Below, one piece after another: positions 19,383-29,273 of a stretch of 64,000 bases of DNA. The stretch comes from an uncultured bacterium (GTDB taxonomy: Bacteria; Babelota; Babeliae; Babelales; Babelaceae): the NCBI GenBank assembly GCA_963717435.1, contig OY970332.1, forward strand, positions 1 through 64,000. Direction: 5' to 3'. The notes beneath the pieces are model-generated. The model was not told where the DNA came from. It saw only the letters and a list, made by a program, of their open reading frames with translations, and searched no databases. Positions within the stretch are counted from its first letter, which is position 1; the number at the start of each line of letters is the position of its first letter. The position numbers were made by a program, and so were the translations under genes.

Positions 19383-19859
19383 TTAACAACAGCCCTCTTT
19401 CAGCTCTTCGCACGTACAGCATAAACCTTTGGCTGGTCTTGAACCGGGAGCATAATGAGGTCTGCAACAGTAACGCTCGGCACTTAAACAAAAACAGCAA
19501 TGTTCATCGTCGCAACAAACTTGGTGGTCGGGCTCAACGTGATCACAACAACGACAACAGCAAAATTCTAGCAAATTTCTAGTTACGCAATATTGTCTTC
19601 CAGCACTTGTTTTTTTAAAACAATAAATATCTCTTAAAAGACAATAACAACAACGTTGCTCATTAAAACAATATTTTAGGTTTTCTTTTAGTTTCAAACA
19701 GCATGCAGCAGACGATTCGCACCTGCTTGAGGCAACAAAAATGTCGTTGTCCTGTGTCATAGTTTTTACTTCGGGTCCCTTAGGATTTGGGGTATCTTCC
19801 ATGCAAGAAATATTCATAAAACTAAATAAGAATATAAATATAATTTTTTTAAGATCCAT
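19383..19859 (-). CDS. Secreted, extremely Cys-rich protein ending in CC
   Basis: GGGAG RBS; signal peptide then MED; about 26 Cys in the mature part. Confidence 0.7.
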   Translation of the reverse strand: MDLKKIIFIFLFSFMNISCMEDTPNPKGPEVKTMTQDNDIFVASSRCESSAACCLKLKENLKYCFNEQRCCYCLLRDIYCFKKTSAGRQYCVTRNLLEFCCCRCCDHVEPDHQVCCDDEHCCFCLSAERYCCRPHYAPGSRPAKGLCCTCEELKEGCC

Positions 19860-20091
19860 AAATCGACTCCCATAGTTTAATCAAAAATCTGGGTCAAGAT
19901 AACATCAAAAAGCAAACTCAACAAGATGCTTAAAAAATATTTAGAGCGAGTTATACTCAGATAAATTATATTTAAAATAATTAAAACCAAAATAGACATT
20001 CTAAGATTAGATGATATATTCACGACAAACAGCCCCGCTTTTTAACTATTTTTGAATTTCACAATTCGACTATGAAATTTAGGTTATAAGT

Positions 20092-22017
20092 ATGAAAAAA
20101 ATTCTTCTTATAGGATTATTGTTAATGAATTTAATTAACACGAGATTATTGGGTGATAATTTCAAACAAATATTTTCTCAAAAATCAAACTGCGGGCTGT
20201 ATTGGGAATCGATTATCGCCCTGCTTGATAACAATATGGATAGGGCCCTGAAGCTTGCCCATGAAATTCAAAGCGATGCAAAATCAGAAAATAATTTTTT
20301 GGAAATAGAAAGCAGAGCTCAAAATATCGACAGTTTTTTTGACAAACTTTTTATATCACATTTATCTAACAATCCGCAATTATTAACCAAGCTTGGACTG
20401 TTTGAGTTATTGGGCATCAAAGAACATAATCAATATCTTAATGACATTTCGATACAAGCAATTCTGTCAAAGCTTGAAGAAAAAAAAGAAAATTTAAGAT
20501 TATTAGAAAGTTACCAACTTGATACACTTTCGCCGGAACAAAAATTATCCCACGCTATATTTTCTTGGAAATTGAAACATGCAATAGATGGCGAAAAATT
20601 TTTGTTTCATAAATATAGAGTTCACCAGATGGGTGGCCTATTATCTGATTTGCTCGCAATATTTACACAGTTTCACAAAATCGAAAACTCTGAAGACGTA
20701 AAAAATTTTATTATAAGACTTACAAAGATCCCTGCACAATTACAGCAAATTACCGAATTTATAGAACTACAAAAAAGCAAGAGAATTTTGCTGCCCAAGT
20801 TTGCGCTTGAACGGGTTATTAGCAGCATAAAAACAGTGATACCTGAAAACACTACTGACAATATTATTTATAAATATTTAGAGAAAAATCTCGAAGAAAT
20901 AAAAATAGATAATAAACATATCTTTCTTGATCAAGCTATAAAAATACTAAACTCTGAGGTTTCCCCTGCCTATAAAAACTTAATTAATTATTTACAAACA
21001 CTACTTGAGACCGTAAATAATAATAATGGCGTATGGGCGCTACCCGACGGGGATAAATATTACGAATATACACTTAAACATCATACAACGACCGATCTAT
21101 CTCCTAATGAAATTCATGAAATAGGGTTACAAGAAGTTCAAAATCTTGAAAAAATAATCCGTAAAGTTTTTACTGAAGAATTTATGGTAGACGAAAATAA
21201 AAGCTTGGGGACTTTATTACAAGAATTCTCTAAAAACCCAAGTTTTTATTACCCAAATACTGATAATGGACGAAAAGAGTGTCTCGCAGACTATGAGATA
21301 ATTCTTGAAAATAGTCGTCAAAAATTAAAATCTTTATTTGATTTAAGTCCAAGGACTCCAGTAAAAATTCAGGCGGCTCCTAAATTTGAAGAAGAAGGAA
21401 GAAGTGCCGCATATTATTTTCAACCAAGTCTTGATGGATCACGACCCGGGACATTCTTTGTTAATCTGAAGAATATGGAAAATTCCCCAAAATATAATAT
21501 GGAAACATTGACGATTCATGAAGCTGAACCGGGGCATCATTTTCAAATCGCATTACAGTTTCAAATGCCGATTCCTAAGTTAAGAAAAATATATCTCCCT
21601 AATGCTTTTATAGAGGGTTGGGCCCTATACGTTGAACGGCTGGCTTTTGAAGAAAATTTTCATTCTTCACCTTCTTCAAAGTTGGGCTATTTACAATTTG
21701 AACTGTTAAGGGCCACAAGATTGGTTATCGATACAGGGATACACTATAAAAGATGGTCAAAAGAGCAAGCAATTGAATATATGATAAAAACAACTGGATA
21801 TTCCAGGCAATGGGCGAAAACAGAAGTGGAAAGATATTTTGTGATGCCCGGACAAGCCTGTTCTTATAAAATAGGACAATTAAAAATTTTAGAACTTCGA
21901 GAGATGGCCAAAAAGAAACTTGGTAAAGATTTTGATATTAAAATATTCCATAATAATATCCTAAAAACCGGCGCCGTGCCGCTCACAATTTTGGAAGATG
22001 TGATTAGCAAATATTAG
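20092..22017 (+). CDS. DUF885 family protein (putative metallopeptidase)
   Basis: LPDG..YY, EIHEIGL.EV, AYY..PS.DGSRPG.F, HEAEPGHH, EGWALY, EVERY...PGQA.SYKIG. Confidence 0.9.
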   Translation: MKKILLIGLLLMNLINTRLLGDNFKQIFSQKSNCGLYWESIIALLDNNMDRALKLAHEIQSDAKSENNFLEIESRAQNIDSFFDKLFISHLSNNPQLLTKLGLFELLGIKEHNQYLNDISIQAILSKLEEKKENLRLLESYQLDTLSPEQKLSHAIFSWKLKHAIDGEKFLFHKYRVHQMGGLLSDLLAIFTQFHKIENSEDVKNFIIRLTKIPAQLQQITEFIELQKSKRILLPKFALERVISSIKTVIPENTTDNIIYKYLEKNLEEIKIDNKHIFLDQAIKILNSEVSPAYKNLINYLQTLLETVNNNNGVWALPDGDKYYEYTLKHHTTTDLSPNEIHEIGLQEVQNLEKIIRKVFTEEFMVDENKSLGTLLQEFSKNPSFYYPNTDNGRKECLADYEIILENSRQKLKSLFDLSPRTPVKIQAAPKFEEEGRSAAYYFQPSLDGSRPGTFFVNLKNMENSPKYNMETLTIHEAEPGHHFQIALQFQMPIPKLRKIYLPNAFIEGWALYVERLAFEENFHSSPSSKLGYLQFELLRATRLVIDTGIHYKRWSKEQAIEYMIKTTGYSRQWAKTEVERYFVMPGQACSYKIGQLKILELREMAKKKLGKDFDIKIFHNNILKTGAVPLTILEDVISKY

Positions 22018-22199
22018 TAGGCAATGACCAGCTGGTGAGCAAGCTCAAGAATTATTAAAAAGGTTTAACTTTAAAAAGATTCTCTTAGTTCTAAAGACAG
22101 TTTTTTTAATTTCATAGGACATCCTAGTGATTTGTGCTTATTTAGCCTATAATATTATATTAAATTTAGAAAAAAAGCCCAAGCACAAAGGAAATCTTC

Positions 22200-22994
22200 A
22201 TGGCGAGCAAAATAGCTTTTTTATTTTTAACGATTGCTAATATCACCCACGAGCCCATATGGCAAAGATTTTTTGAAAATTCTGCGGATAAATCTTCTAT
22301 ATATATCCATTCAAAAGAAGAATTCAATCCGCATAGCTCATTTAAACAATATGAGATGCCTGAAAAGATCCCTTCAACTTGGGCAAATACCATGGAAATG
22401 CAAGTAGCTATGTTAAAAAAGGCGCTTGAAAATCCAGAAAATCAGAAATTCATATTTGTCTCCGGAGATTCTGTTCCGCTTCAAACATTCCCGTACATTT
22501 ATCAAGAGGTTATGAAACATGATTTTAGTATATTTGAACATTGGTGGAACCATCATCAAGACCCTGTATCATCGTTTTATTATGAGGGTCGAATTTTAAA
22601 AGATATACCACAAGAACATCAACGCATAAATCCACAATGGGTAATATTAAACCGCAAACATGCTCAACTTATGATAGAAGATAAAACTATTCTTCCTTTG
22701 ATAATACAAACGACATCTGATCAAGAACATTATCCATCAACTTTTTTATCTTTAAAGGGATGCTTAAGTGAAATAATACAACAACCGATCATGCTCGTTG
22801 TGTGGAATCGAGGGTATAAACACCCCTATACTTTTGATAACATGGAAGATCGCTATCAACGTGAGCTTGTTGTTGAAGCAATTAGTTGCGGCAAATTATT
22901 CGGAAGGAAATTTGATCAATCTTGCAAAAGCGAGAGCATACAAGCAATAATTAGCCAATATGCTTGCAAGACAGACAAAGAACTTGGGCTTTAA
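22200..22994 (+). CDS. Core-2/I-branching beta-1,6-GlcNAc transferase-like (Branch/GT14) protein
   Basis: KIAFLFLT, W..FF, IYIH, AL..P.NQKF.FVS.DSVPL..F, QWVILNRKHA, D.HY..T, LF.RKF. Confidence 0.85.
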   Translation: MASKIAFLFLTIANITHEPIWQRFFENSADKSSIYIHSKEEFNPHSSFKQYEMPEKIPSTWANTMEMQVAMLKKALENPENQKFIFVSGDSVPLQTFPYIYQEVMKHDFSIFEHWWNHHQDPVSSFYYEGRILKDIPQEHQRINPQWVILNRKHAQLMIEDKTILPLIIQTTSDQEHYPSTFLSLKGCLSEIIQQPIMLVVWNRGYKHPYTFDNMEDRYQRELVVEAISCGKLFGRKFDQSCKSESIQAIISQYACKTDKELGL

Positions 22995-23018
22995 AAAAAA
23001 CAAATTTAAGGAGATTTT

Positions 23019-23363
23019 ATGAAAATTTTAAATATTATTTCGATTTTTTTCTGCCTAGGCATATTCTCTAATATAATCCCCGGTCAAAGTTTTTCAAACC
23101 CCGAAAGGACCATCGTACAAAAAATGAAGATTAGCGAAATATATAGTAGGTTTGGCCACACCAAAAATGATAGTTTTACTATTTCTAATCATACATTTTA
23201 TAATATCCCAGTAATTAAAATAAAGAAAAATGTTATTCTTTCCCGCTATTTTATGGAACTTTATTACGTTCTCGATACTTCAGGTAAAGATACTTATATT
23301 TTTGTTGGAGAAACGGAAGACAGCGCGCGTCAATATTGTGAATTTTTAAGCAGTAAAAAATAA
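23019..23363 (+). CDS. Secreted hypothetical protein
   Basis: GGAG RBS; signal peptide. Confidence 0.6.
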   Translation: MKILNIISIFFCLGIFSNIIPGQSFSNPERTIVQKMKISEIYSRFGHTKNDSFTISNHTFYNIPVIKIKKNVILSRYFMELYYVLDTSGKDTYIFVGETEDSARQYCEFLSSKK

Positions 23364-23419
23364 GATATTTTATAAAACTTCAAGCAACTTAGCAGTATCG
23401 TGAACAAAAGATTAATACT

Positions 23420-24154
23420 ATGAATCTTAAAACAAATACACCCCAACAAGCAGTTATATTTGATTTAGGCGGTGTTTTATTGCGCGAAGCCGAAGTAAAT
23501 CTGCACAAAGCTAAAAGTGATAGTTTACAAAAAGTACTTTCGGGCGAGTTTCCCAAAACTAAAATCTTTAATCGCGCATTTGAATTCGCAGCTTTATTTT
23601 GTGGGCCAAATTGTAAATCAGGCTGGATTTTGGGAACAGTTTCTGGGCATGAAATAGTTTCCAAAATCAAAGAGAATATAGACAAATCTGAGCATGATAA
23701 GTTCTTTAAAGACCAATATGAGAGAGATTTAATAAAGCACGGGATCGAATTTATTTTATTACCAGACTTATTAGTAAATCTAACGGAAATTATTCATGAG
23801 GGTTTAGAGTTTATAAAAAAATGCAAATCTAGCGGTATTAAGTTAAGCATAATCTCTAATTGGGATCCTGAATCTTTTGATTTATTAAAAACCAAAATGC
23901 CCGAATTATTTAGCTTGTTTGAAGAGGCTCACATTATAATTCCTCAAATGGTTGGCAAAATTAAACCAGAACTAGAAATTTACGAGCGCACTGTAAAAAA
24001 AATTAATGTTGATCCAGAATTTTGCTTCTTTGTCGACGATAGCAAATCCAACATCGAAGGCGCGCAAAGGTATGGCATCAAATCTGTGCACCATAAAAAT
24101 TGGCAAGAGACAGAAAAAGAACTTATTAAACATGGACTAAAATTAAGGGACTAA
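23420..24154 (+). CDS. HAD-superfamily hydrolase
   Basis: FDLGGVL, SN, KP..EIY and FVDD...N motifs. Confidence 0.88.
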   Translation: MNLKTNTPQQAVIFDLGGVLLREAEVNLHKAKSDSLQKVLSGEFPKTKIFNRAFEFAALFCGPNCKSGWILGTVSGHEIVSKIKENIDKSEHDKFFKDQYERDLIKHGIEFILLPDLLVNLTEIIHEGLEFIKKCKSSGIKLSIISNWDPESFDLLKTKMPELFSLFEEAHIIIPQMVGKIKPELEIYERTVKKINVDPEFCFFVDDSKSNIEGAQRYGIKSVHHKNWQETEKELIKHGLKLRD

Positions 24155-24158
24155 ATTT

Positions 24159-24674
24159 ATGAAATTTTCATTTTTGAAACTGTTTTTGGTGTTATCATCA
24201 ACCAATTGCATGTTTGCAATGCACACAGGACGGACACGATTACATGATGCTGCAAATCATAACGAGATTGAAGTAGCAAAAGTGCTTATTGCGGCGGGTG
24301 ATAATGTCAATGCGAGAGATTTATATGATTATACACCGCTACATGAGTTTGCTATAACTACATTTGCTGAAGAGATGGCGATAGTTCTTATTGAATCTGG
24401 AGCCGACGTTGGGGCACAAAACAGATATGGCCACACGCCTTTAGATATTTCTATAAGGCTAATGCATGGTAATCTTACGCGGGCTTTAATCACCACCGTG
24501 CATCCTCGTGAAATTCAGGAAGGATTACCTGCCCTTATTGCTAAAAAAATGGCGTTAGCAAAAAAATATTTGGAAACTTCGCAATTGGATGAGTTAGAGC
24601 AAGAGATTACTCAAAGCTTTGAAAGAGTTAAATCTAAGAGCCCAGCTTTAGAACATTCGCAATTTAAAAACTAA
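24159..24674 (+). CDS. Secreted ankyrin-repeat protein
   Basis: GRTRLHDAA, TPLHE, GHTPLD. Confidence 0.85.
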   Translation: MKFSFLKLFLVLSSTNCMFAMHTGRTRLHDAANHNEIEVAKVLIAAGDNVNARDLYDYTPLHEFAITTFAEEMAIVLIESGADVGAQNRYGHTPLDISIRLMHGNLTRALITTVHPREIQEGLPALIAKKMALAKKYLETSQLDELEQEITQSFERVKSKSPALEHSQFKN

Positions 24675-24704
24675 ATGGGATTAAAGCATGAACTGTTATG
24701 ATTT

Positions 24705-25568
24705 TTAGTTCTTTAAATTTTTATAAAATTCTTCAACAATTTCCCAAGTTTCTTTTGCTTTTCTAAGCTCGTATGGCCACTTGGATACATCATTATCCAA
24801 GTTATCTGTTGTATTCCATACTTGATAATATCTAATCTTTGCATAATCTAAAGCTGAAATTCTAAAGCCACCTCTCTTTGCTTCAAAGCCGCGACATCCC
24901 TTTACTGGATAAATATCTGCGATATCAGCACCATTTTCCAAAAGACATTTAACAGCTTGAGCTCTAGATTGATGAATCGCATACTCCAGCGGGGTGATTT
25001 CATAAATTATATCTCGCCAGCCTACCTTATTATCATGCCATCCAGTTGCAGAATTTATCGGGCTCCCAAGTTTGATTAAAAATTTTAATGCATCAGAGGT
25101 ATCACAATCAATTGCTGTTTGGAAAGCATTAGCTTTAACAACATTTGCACCATTATCTATCAATATTTTTATTATTTCTAAATTATTATCAACTTTAACA
25201 GCATATAGTAATGCCATATTTAAATTAGACAAAAAAATGGGATCATTAATGCAATTATCTATGAGAAATTGTATTACGGCTAGTTGTCTATCAAGAGGTG
25301 CAAGAAAGAGTAGCAGATTATATAAATCTGTGCGTTGATCATCTGTTGTGAAAATTTCTAAACATTTTTTAATTGCCCCAAGATCAGATTGTCTGCAAAA
25401 ATTTGAAATTTCTTCTTTTTGTTCATGATTAAAAGAATATTCTCTTGTCCATGATTTTTTTTCTTGAGACCCCAAATACCTCAGTTGAGGCTTCTTTCCT
25501 TTATGTTTCATAGATTGAGCAGAAAATATAAAAAGCAGATTTATAGTAAAAAGCTTAATTAAATTCAT
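24705..25568 (-). CDS. Secreted ankyrin-repeat protein
   Basis: ALLYAV...LIDNGANV; TPLEYAI...LLENGADI. Confidence 0.8.
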   Translation of the reverse strand: MNLIKLFTINLLFIFSAQSMKHKGKKPQLRYLGSQEKKSWTREYSFNHEQKEEISNFCRQSDLGAIKKCLEIFTTDDQRTDLYNLLLFLAPLDRQLAVIQFLIDNCINDPIFLSNLNMALLYAVKVDNNLEIIKILIDNGANVVKANAFQTAIDCDTSDALKFLIKLGSPINSATGWHDNKVGWRDIIYEITPLEYAIHQSRAQAVKCLLENGADIADIYPVKGCRGFEAKRGGFRISALDYAKIRYYQVWNTTDNLDNDVSKWPYELRKAKETWEIVEEFYKNLKN

Positions 25569-25597
25569 ATTTACCCTATTTTAAAATAATTATTTTA

Positions 25598-25719
25598 TTA
25601 TTGAACTTTGTTCTTATAAAATTCTCCAAAAACGAGCCAAGTTTTCTTGCTTCTGTGGGTGTTTTAGATAAACATCCTAACCCTCAGCACTATTTTCCAA
25701 AAAACATTTAACAGTCTGA
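25598..25719 (-). pseudogene. Decayed remnant of a paralog of 24705..25568
   Basis: TVKCFLENSA versus AVKCLLENGA, and KKTWLVFGEFYKN versus KETWEIVEEFYKN, with an internal deletion and a stop. Confidence 0.7.
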
Positions 25720-25888
25720 TCTTTTCTCGTAAAATATCAAGAAAAAATAGCACGATATTAAAAAGATAATCGGGATATCAAAAGATTAGAAAAAGAAATA
25801 AAAAAAATGACAACGGGATTTTTATTTACTATATTTCCGTCCTGATAAGACAAGTTGATTTATTATTAACTAGCCCGGGAGTAGGTGT

Positions 25889-26815
25889 ATGAAAAAGTCT
25901 ATAATTATCATGTTCATGATAGTTAATATATTTAATAATTTATTTGGGATGGATAAAGATTATTTTAATAAAAGTGTAGATTCAGGCACATTCAATTATT
26001 CTATTCGTGATACAACCCCGCTTCAAAAAGATGTTTTAATTCATGGTGGATGGCATGTAGAAACGATACTAAATCCACCAGCAGAAAGTAACTTAAAAAA
26101 AGTTGTTAAATTTATTAAAAGAGAAAAAGCACCAACAGAAGAAGAACTTTGTGATCAAATAACTACAGCAAATTATTTTAATGAAGCTGGCGAGAATACA
26201 TTATTTCATACAGTTGCAGGTTCTTTTCCATTTCGTATTTTAGAAAGAAGACTTTTCCCACAGCTTCATGAATTTATAGACGAACATGATACTAGAAAGT
26301 TTAAAGAATTGGGTATTTATGATCCATATTTAAAATCAGTAATAATTCATAAATTTATAGAACTTCTTGCTATTAATGATCGCTTAAAGGGCGTTATTAA
26401 CAAACCTGGCAAAGATGGTTATACGCCCCTACAACTAGCAGTGATCTCAGCCCTAATTTTTACTAAAAATGGAATGAATGGTGCTAATATTACTTATGCA
26501 GGTGCCGGAGGGAATTATGGCGCGCTTAGAGAAATATTAGAATGCGCAAACCGTTGCCATGGCGATTATTTGCACAGTTTAGCTTTTAATAAAACTGAAC
26601 ATCATCCTTCTCCTGCCTGGTTTGCAAAAGGAAAAAACTTTGAAAAATATTTTTCAAAAAGACCATTGCCATCAGATATCTTAAAGCTTTATAGGCATGC
26701 ATTTTGTTCTAAAAACAATGCTCCTGAAGAAGATATGGATTTGGAGGTTGATGAAACCGCGCGTGAAAGGGTAGCAAAAGCTTTAAAGATTCCAGAAAAT
26801 CCAGATGATGATTAA
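25889..26815 (+). CDS. Secreted protein with degenerate ankyrin motifs
   Basis: Signal peptide then MDK; GENTLFH and DGYTPLQLAV. Confidence 0.7.
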   Translation: MKKSIIIMFMIVNIFNNLFGMDKDYFNKSVDSGTFNYSIRDTTPLQKDVLIHGGWHVETILNPPAESNLKKVVKFIKREKAPTEEELCDQITTANYFNEAGENTLFHTVAGSFPFRILERRLFPQLHEFIDEHDTRKFKELGIYDPYLKSVIIHKFIELLAINDRLKGVINKPGKDGYTPLQLAVISALIFTKNGMNGANITYAGAGGNYGALREILECANRCHGDYLHSLAFNKTEHHPSPAWFAKGKNFEKYFSKRPLPSDILKLYRHAFCSKNNAPEEDMDLEVDETARERVAKALKIPENPDDD

Positions 26816-26855
26816 GAGAAGTTAATGTTTAACAGAATACTTTTTTATGAATCAA

Positions 26856-27341
26856 TTAATAAATAGCTATTACTGCGCCGTCTGTTAAATTTTTTAAATC
26901 AATACTCTTTAAGCAAAATACAGCATTTGGCGTACCAGCTGCGGCCCAAAGTTCGTCGTAGTTCATTAAGTCTTTATCAATAAAAGTTTTTATAGATTGC
27001 TTATGACCGACTGGTGGGATTCCCCCGATTGCAAAACCAGTAACTTCACGTGTAAAATCAGCATCAGCTTTTATAATTTTCTCACCAACAATTTCTTCAA
27101 GAATCTTTTCATTTACTCTATTGGGCCCACTTGCAAGAACCAATATTGGCGTATTACTATCTTTTGTTTTAAATATTAGCGACTTAACTATTTGCTCGAT
27201 TTTACAACCAATAGTATTGGCTGCATCTTGCGCCGTTCTTGTACTTGATGGCAATTCTAAAACTTTAGTTTTTATACCTTTTTTATCTAACAGATTTTGG
27301 ACAGATTGGGCACTTTTGCTTAGTGTTTGATTATTATCCAT
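26856..27341 (-). CDS. YbaK/EbsC family aminoacyl-tRNA deacylase
   Basis: TAQDAA..IG...QIVKSLIF, TGFAIGGIPPVGH, WAAAG. Confidence 0.92.
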   Translation of the reverse strand: MDNNQTLSKSAQSVQNLLDKKGIKTKVLELPSSTRTAQDAANTIGCKIEQIVKSLIFKTKDSNTPILVLASGPNRVNEKILEEIVGEKIIKADADFTREVTGFAIGGIPPVGHKQSIKTFIDKDLMNYDELWAAAGTPNAVFCLKSIDLKNLTDGAVIAIY

Positions 27342-27351
27342 AAATTTACCC

Positions 27352-28515
27352 CTAATAAATATTTGATATTTCTATTTTTTGATTTTCTAATATTTTTTCT
27401 CTCATCAATTTTATTAACTTTTTGATTTTATTTTTCTTATCAAGATACACTTCTGTTAATCTGGCGCACTCGTCGGGTCGATGCACTTTTTTAAATCCTT
27501 CTATGTCTTTATCAACAGTTGATATTTTTTCTTCTAGCCACTTAAGATTTTTTATCCATTTTATAAGTTCTTCGCTATTTTCTAAGATAGAATCTGTCGG
27601 CAATTTAGCCCCACGTTGCAATAGCAATATTGCAACACTGCACACATCTCCACTAGTTTCATGAGGATACCAGCTACTTAAGTCTTTAATAGCATCAACG
27701 AATGGAACCTCTTCACCGAATGGGAGCTCTTTATACTTTTTACTTAGGCTTGCCCCACAATCTATCAGAAGTCTAACTAATTTTGTGTTTCCTCTCACGA
27801 TAGCAACATGTAAATGTGTATGGGAAAATTTTTCTGGAGAGCTTGAAATTTTATGCAGGCCTATAGCATTAGGATCTGCACCTAATTGTATAATTACCGA
27901 TATATCATTTAAATAATCATCTTTATACAAAGACCCACTATTATTATAGTTATCGCACAGCCCAGTTAGTTGTTCATTTAATTTCGACTGATATTTAGGA
28001 TCGCTTTTTGCTTTTCTTTTTGACCATTTAAAAGCCTCAAAGGTACCAACCACCGTGGATCGTACTTCTGGATCTTGTCCCCAAGATAAAATATAATTAT
28101 TTATCAAATTCAGTTTAAATTCAGTAAATTTTTTTGAAAATAGTTTTGCTGTTCGATCATTAAAAACATCAAAACTATCTGCTGGCAAATTAAATTTTTC
28201 TATTAAATATTTTTTAACAATTTTGTTTGTTATCTTATTTGCTCCATTAAACGCATCAAGACAATCTATTAATTCTTTCTCGTTTTTGTATTTTCTAGCA
28301 TTTATTAGATAATCAAAAACGTGTTCTGATATTAGTTGTGTTATATCTCGCGGGCTCTTATTAATTCTCTTATTAATATCACAAATTAAAACTTTGTTTT
28401 CGAAAATATTACATAGATTATCAACGTAATTTGGCTCTTGCTCGCTTTTTGGTACCATTGAAAAAGTTGAATTAAAAAATATAAAGCTTGATAGTAGATA
28501 ATATTTTATGTACAT
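27352..28515 (-). CDS. Secreted F-box-like plus ankyrin protein
   Basis: True start likely MYIKYYLL; SPRDITQLI...ELIDCLDAFNGANK; LGADPN and THLHVAI. Confidence 0.75.
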   Translation of the reverse strand: MYIKYYLLSSFIFFNSTFSMVPKSEQEPNYVDNLCNIFENKVLICDINKRINKSPRDITQLISEHVFDYLINARKYKNEKELIDCLDAFNGANKITNKIVKKYLIEKFNLPADSFDVFNDRTAKLFSKKFTEFKLNLINNYILSWGQDPEVRSTVVGTFEAFKWSKRKAKSDPKYQSKLNEQLTGLCDNYNNSGSLYKDDYLNDISVIIQLGADPNAIGLHKISSSPEKFSHTHLHVAIVRGNTKLVRLLIDCGASLSKKYKELPFGEEVPFVDAIKDLSSWYPHETSGDVCSVAILLLQRGAKLPTDSILENSEELIKWIKNLKWLEEKISTVDKDIEGFKKVHRPDECARLTEVYLDKKNKIKKLIKLMREKILENQKIEISNIY

Positions 28516-28531
28516 AAATTTTCTCTTGGTT

Positions 28532-28771
28532 TTATTGCATCCAACCAGATTCATTTCTTCTTCTATATATCCTGTATGTCCCAAATCTGTGTGGATTTTG
28601 TCTTCTTTTGAAGTTAACAATTTTCTTCAGGCCCCTAGATTTTGGTTCTTCTGGCTCAACAGATGGCCTTGAAATCTCAAAATCCTGTTTAGATTCTTCA
28701 TCTGTATTCATAGAATATAGACTTAAAGTTAAGCTTGAAAGTAAAAATAGTTGTAATTTAAGAATATTCAT
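28532..28771 (-). CDS. Small secreted protein with a basic C-terminus
   Basis: Signal peptide then MNT. Confidence 0.55.
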   Translation of the reverse strand: MNILKLQLFLLSSLTLSLYSMNTDEESKQDFEISRPSVEPEEPKSRGLKKIVNFKRRQNPHRFGTYRIYRRRNESGWMQ

Positions 28772-28783
28772 AGTGTTTTCCCA

Positions 28784-29260
28784 TTAATCAACTTCGTCGG
28801 TGCTAAAATTATTTGCGTCAGCTTTTCTATCCTGATCACTATCTTTTACTGCTTCAGAAATTACAGCACGAACTTTGGCCTGATCTTCTTCAGACAAGTT
28901 AAATAGGCGATTTTCTTTTAAATCCTTCACAAATTCTGTGTAATCAAGCAGTATTGGCGAGTCATAATCCATTGTTATGAACTTTGAAGAATCAGATTCA
29001 CTTTTTATACGCTCTAATATCTTTTTATATCGAGGATGTTCTCTGTAATCAACTTCTATAAGTTCTTCAAATCTTTTAGGGTTATATTTCTTAATTTGTA
29101 AAAATTCTACCATCATGGTTACGTCACTAATATATTTGCCTTCTGGGTCCAAATCTAAAGCAGGTTCTTTACTTGAAAGAAGTTTTTCAAACTCTTCTTG
29201 GTCCATACAAAATGCATTAAACGCTATTAAAGACATAAAAAATATTGATAGAATTTTCAT
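28784..29260 (-). CDS. Secreted acidic protein ending in DEVD
   Basis: Signal peptide then MDQ; C-terminus STDEVD-stop. Confidence 0.7.
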   Translation of the reverse strand: MKILSIFFMSLIAFNAFCMDQEEFEKLLSSKEPALDLDPEGKYISDVTMMVEFLQIKKYNPKRFEELIEVDYREHPRYKKILERIKSESDSSKFITMDYDSPILLDYTEFVKDLKENRLFNLSEEDQAKVRAVISEAVKDSDQDRKADANNFSTDEVD

Positions 29261-29273
29261 AAAAAGTTCCTTA

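Noticed and set aside
28516-28620. Possible frameshift joining 28532..28771 to 27352..28620
   Set aside because: The downstream gene has its own signal peptide starting MYIKYY at 28515, so these are two separate genes.
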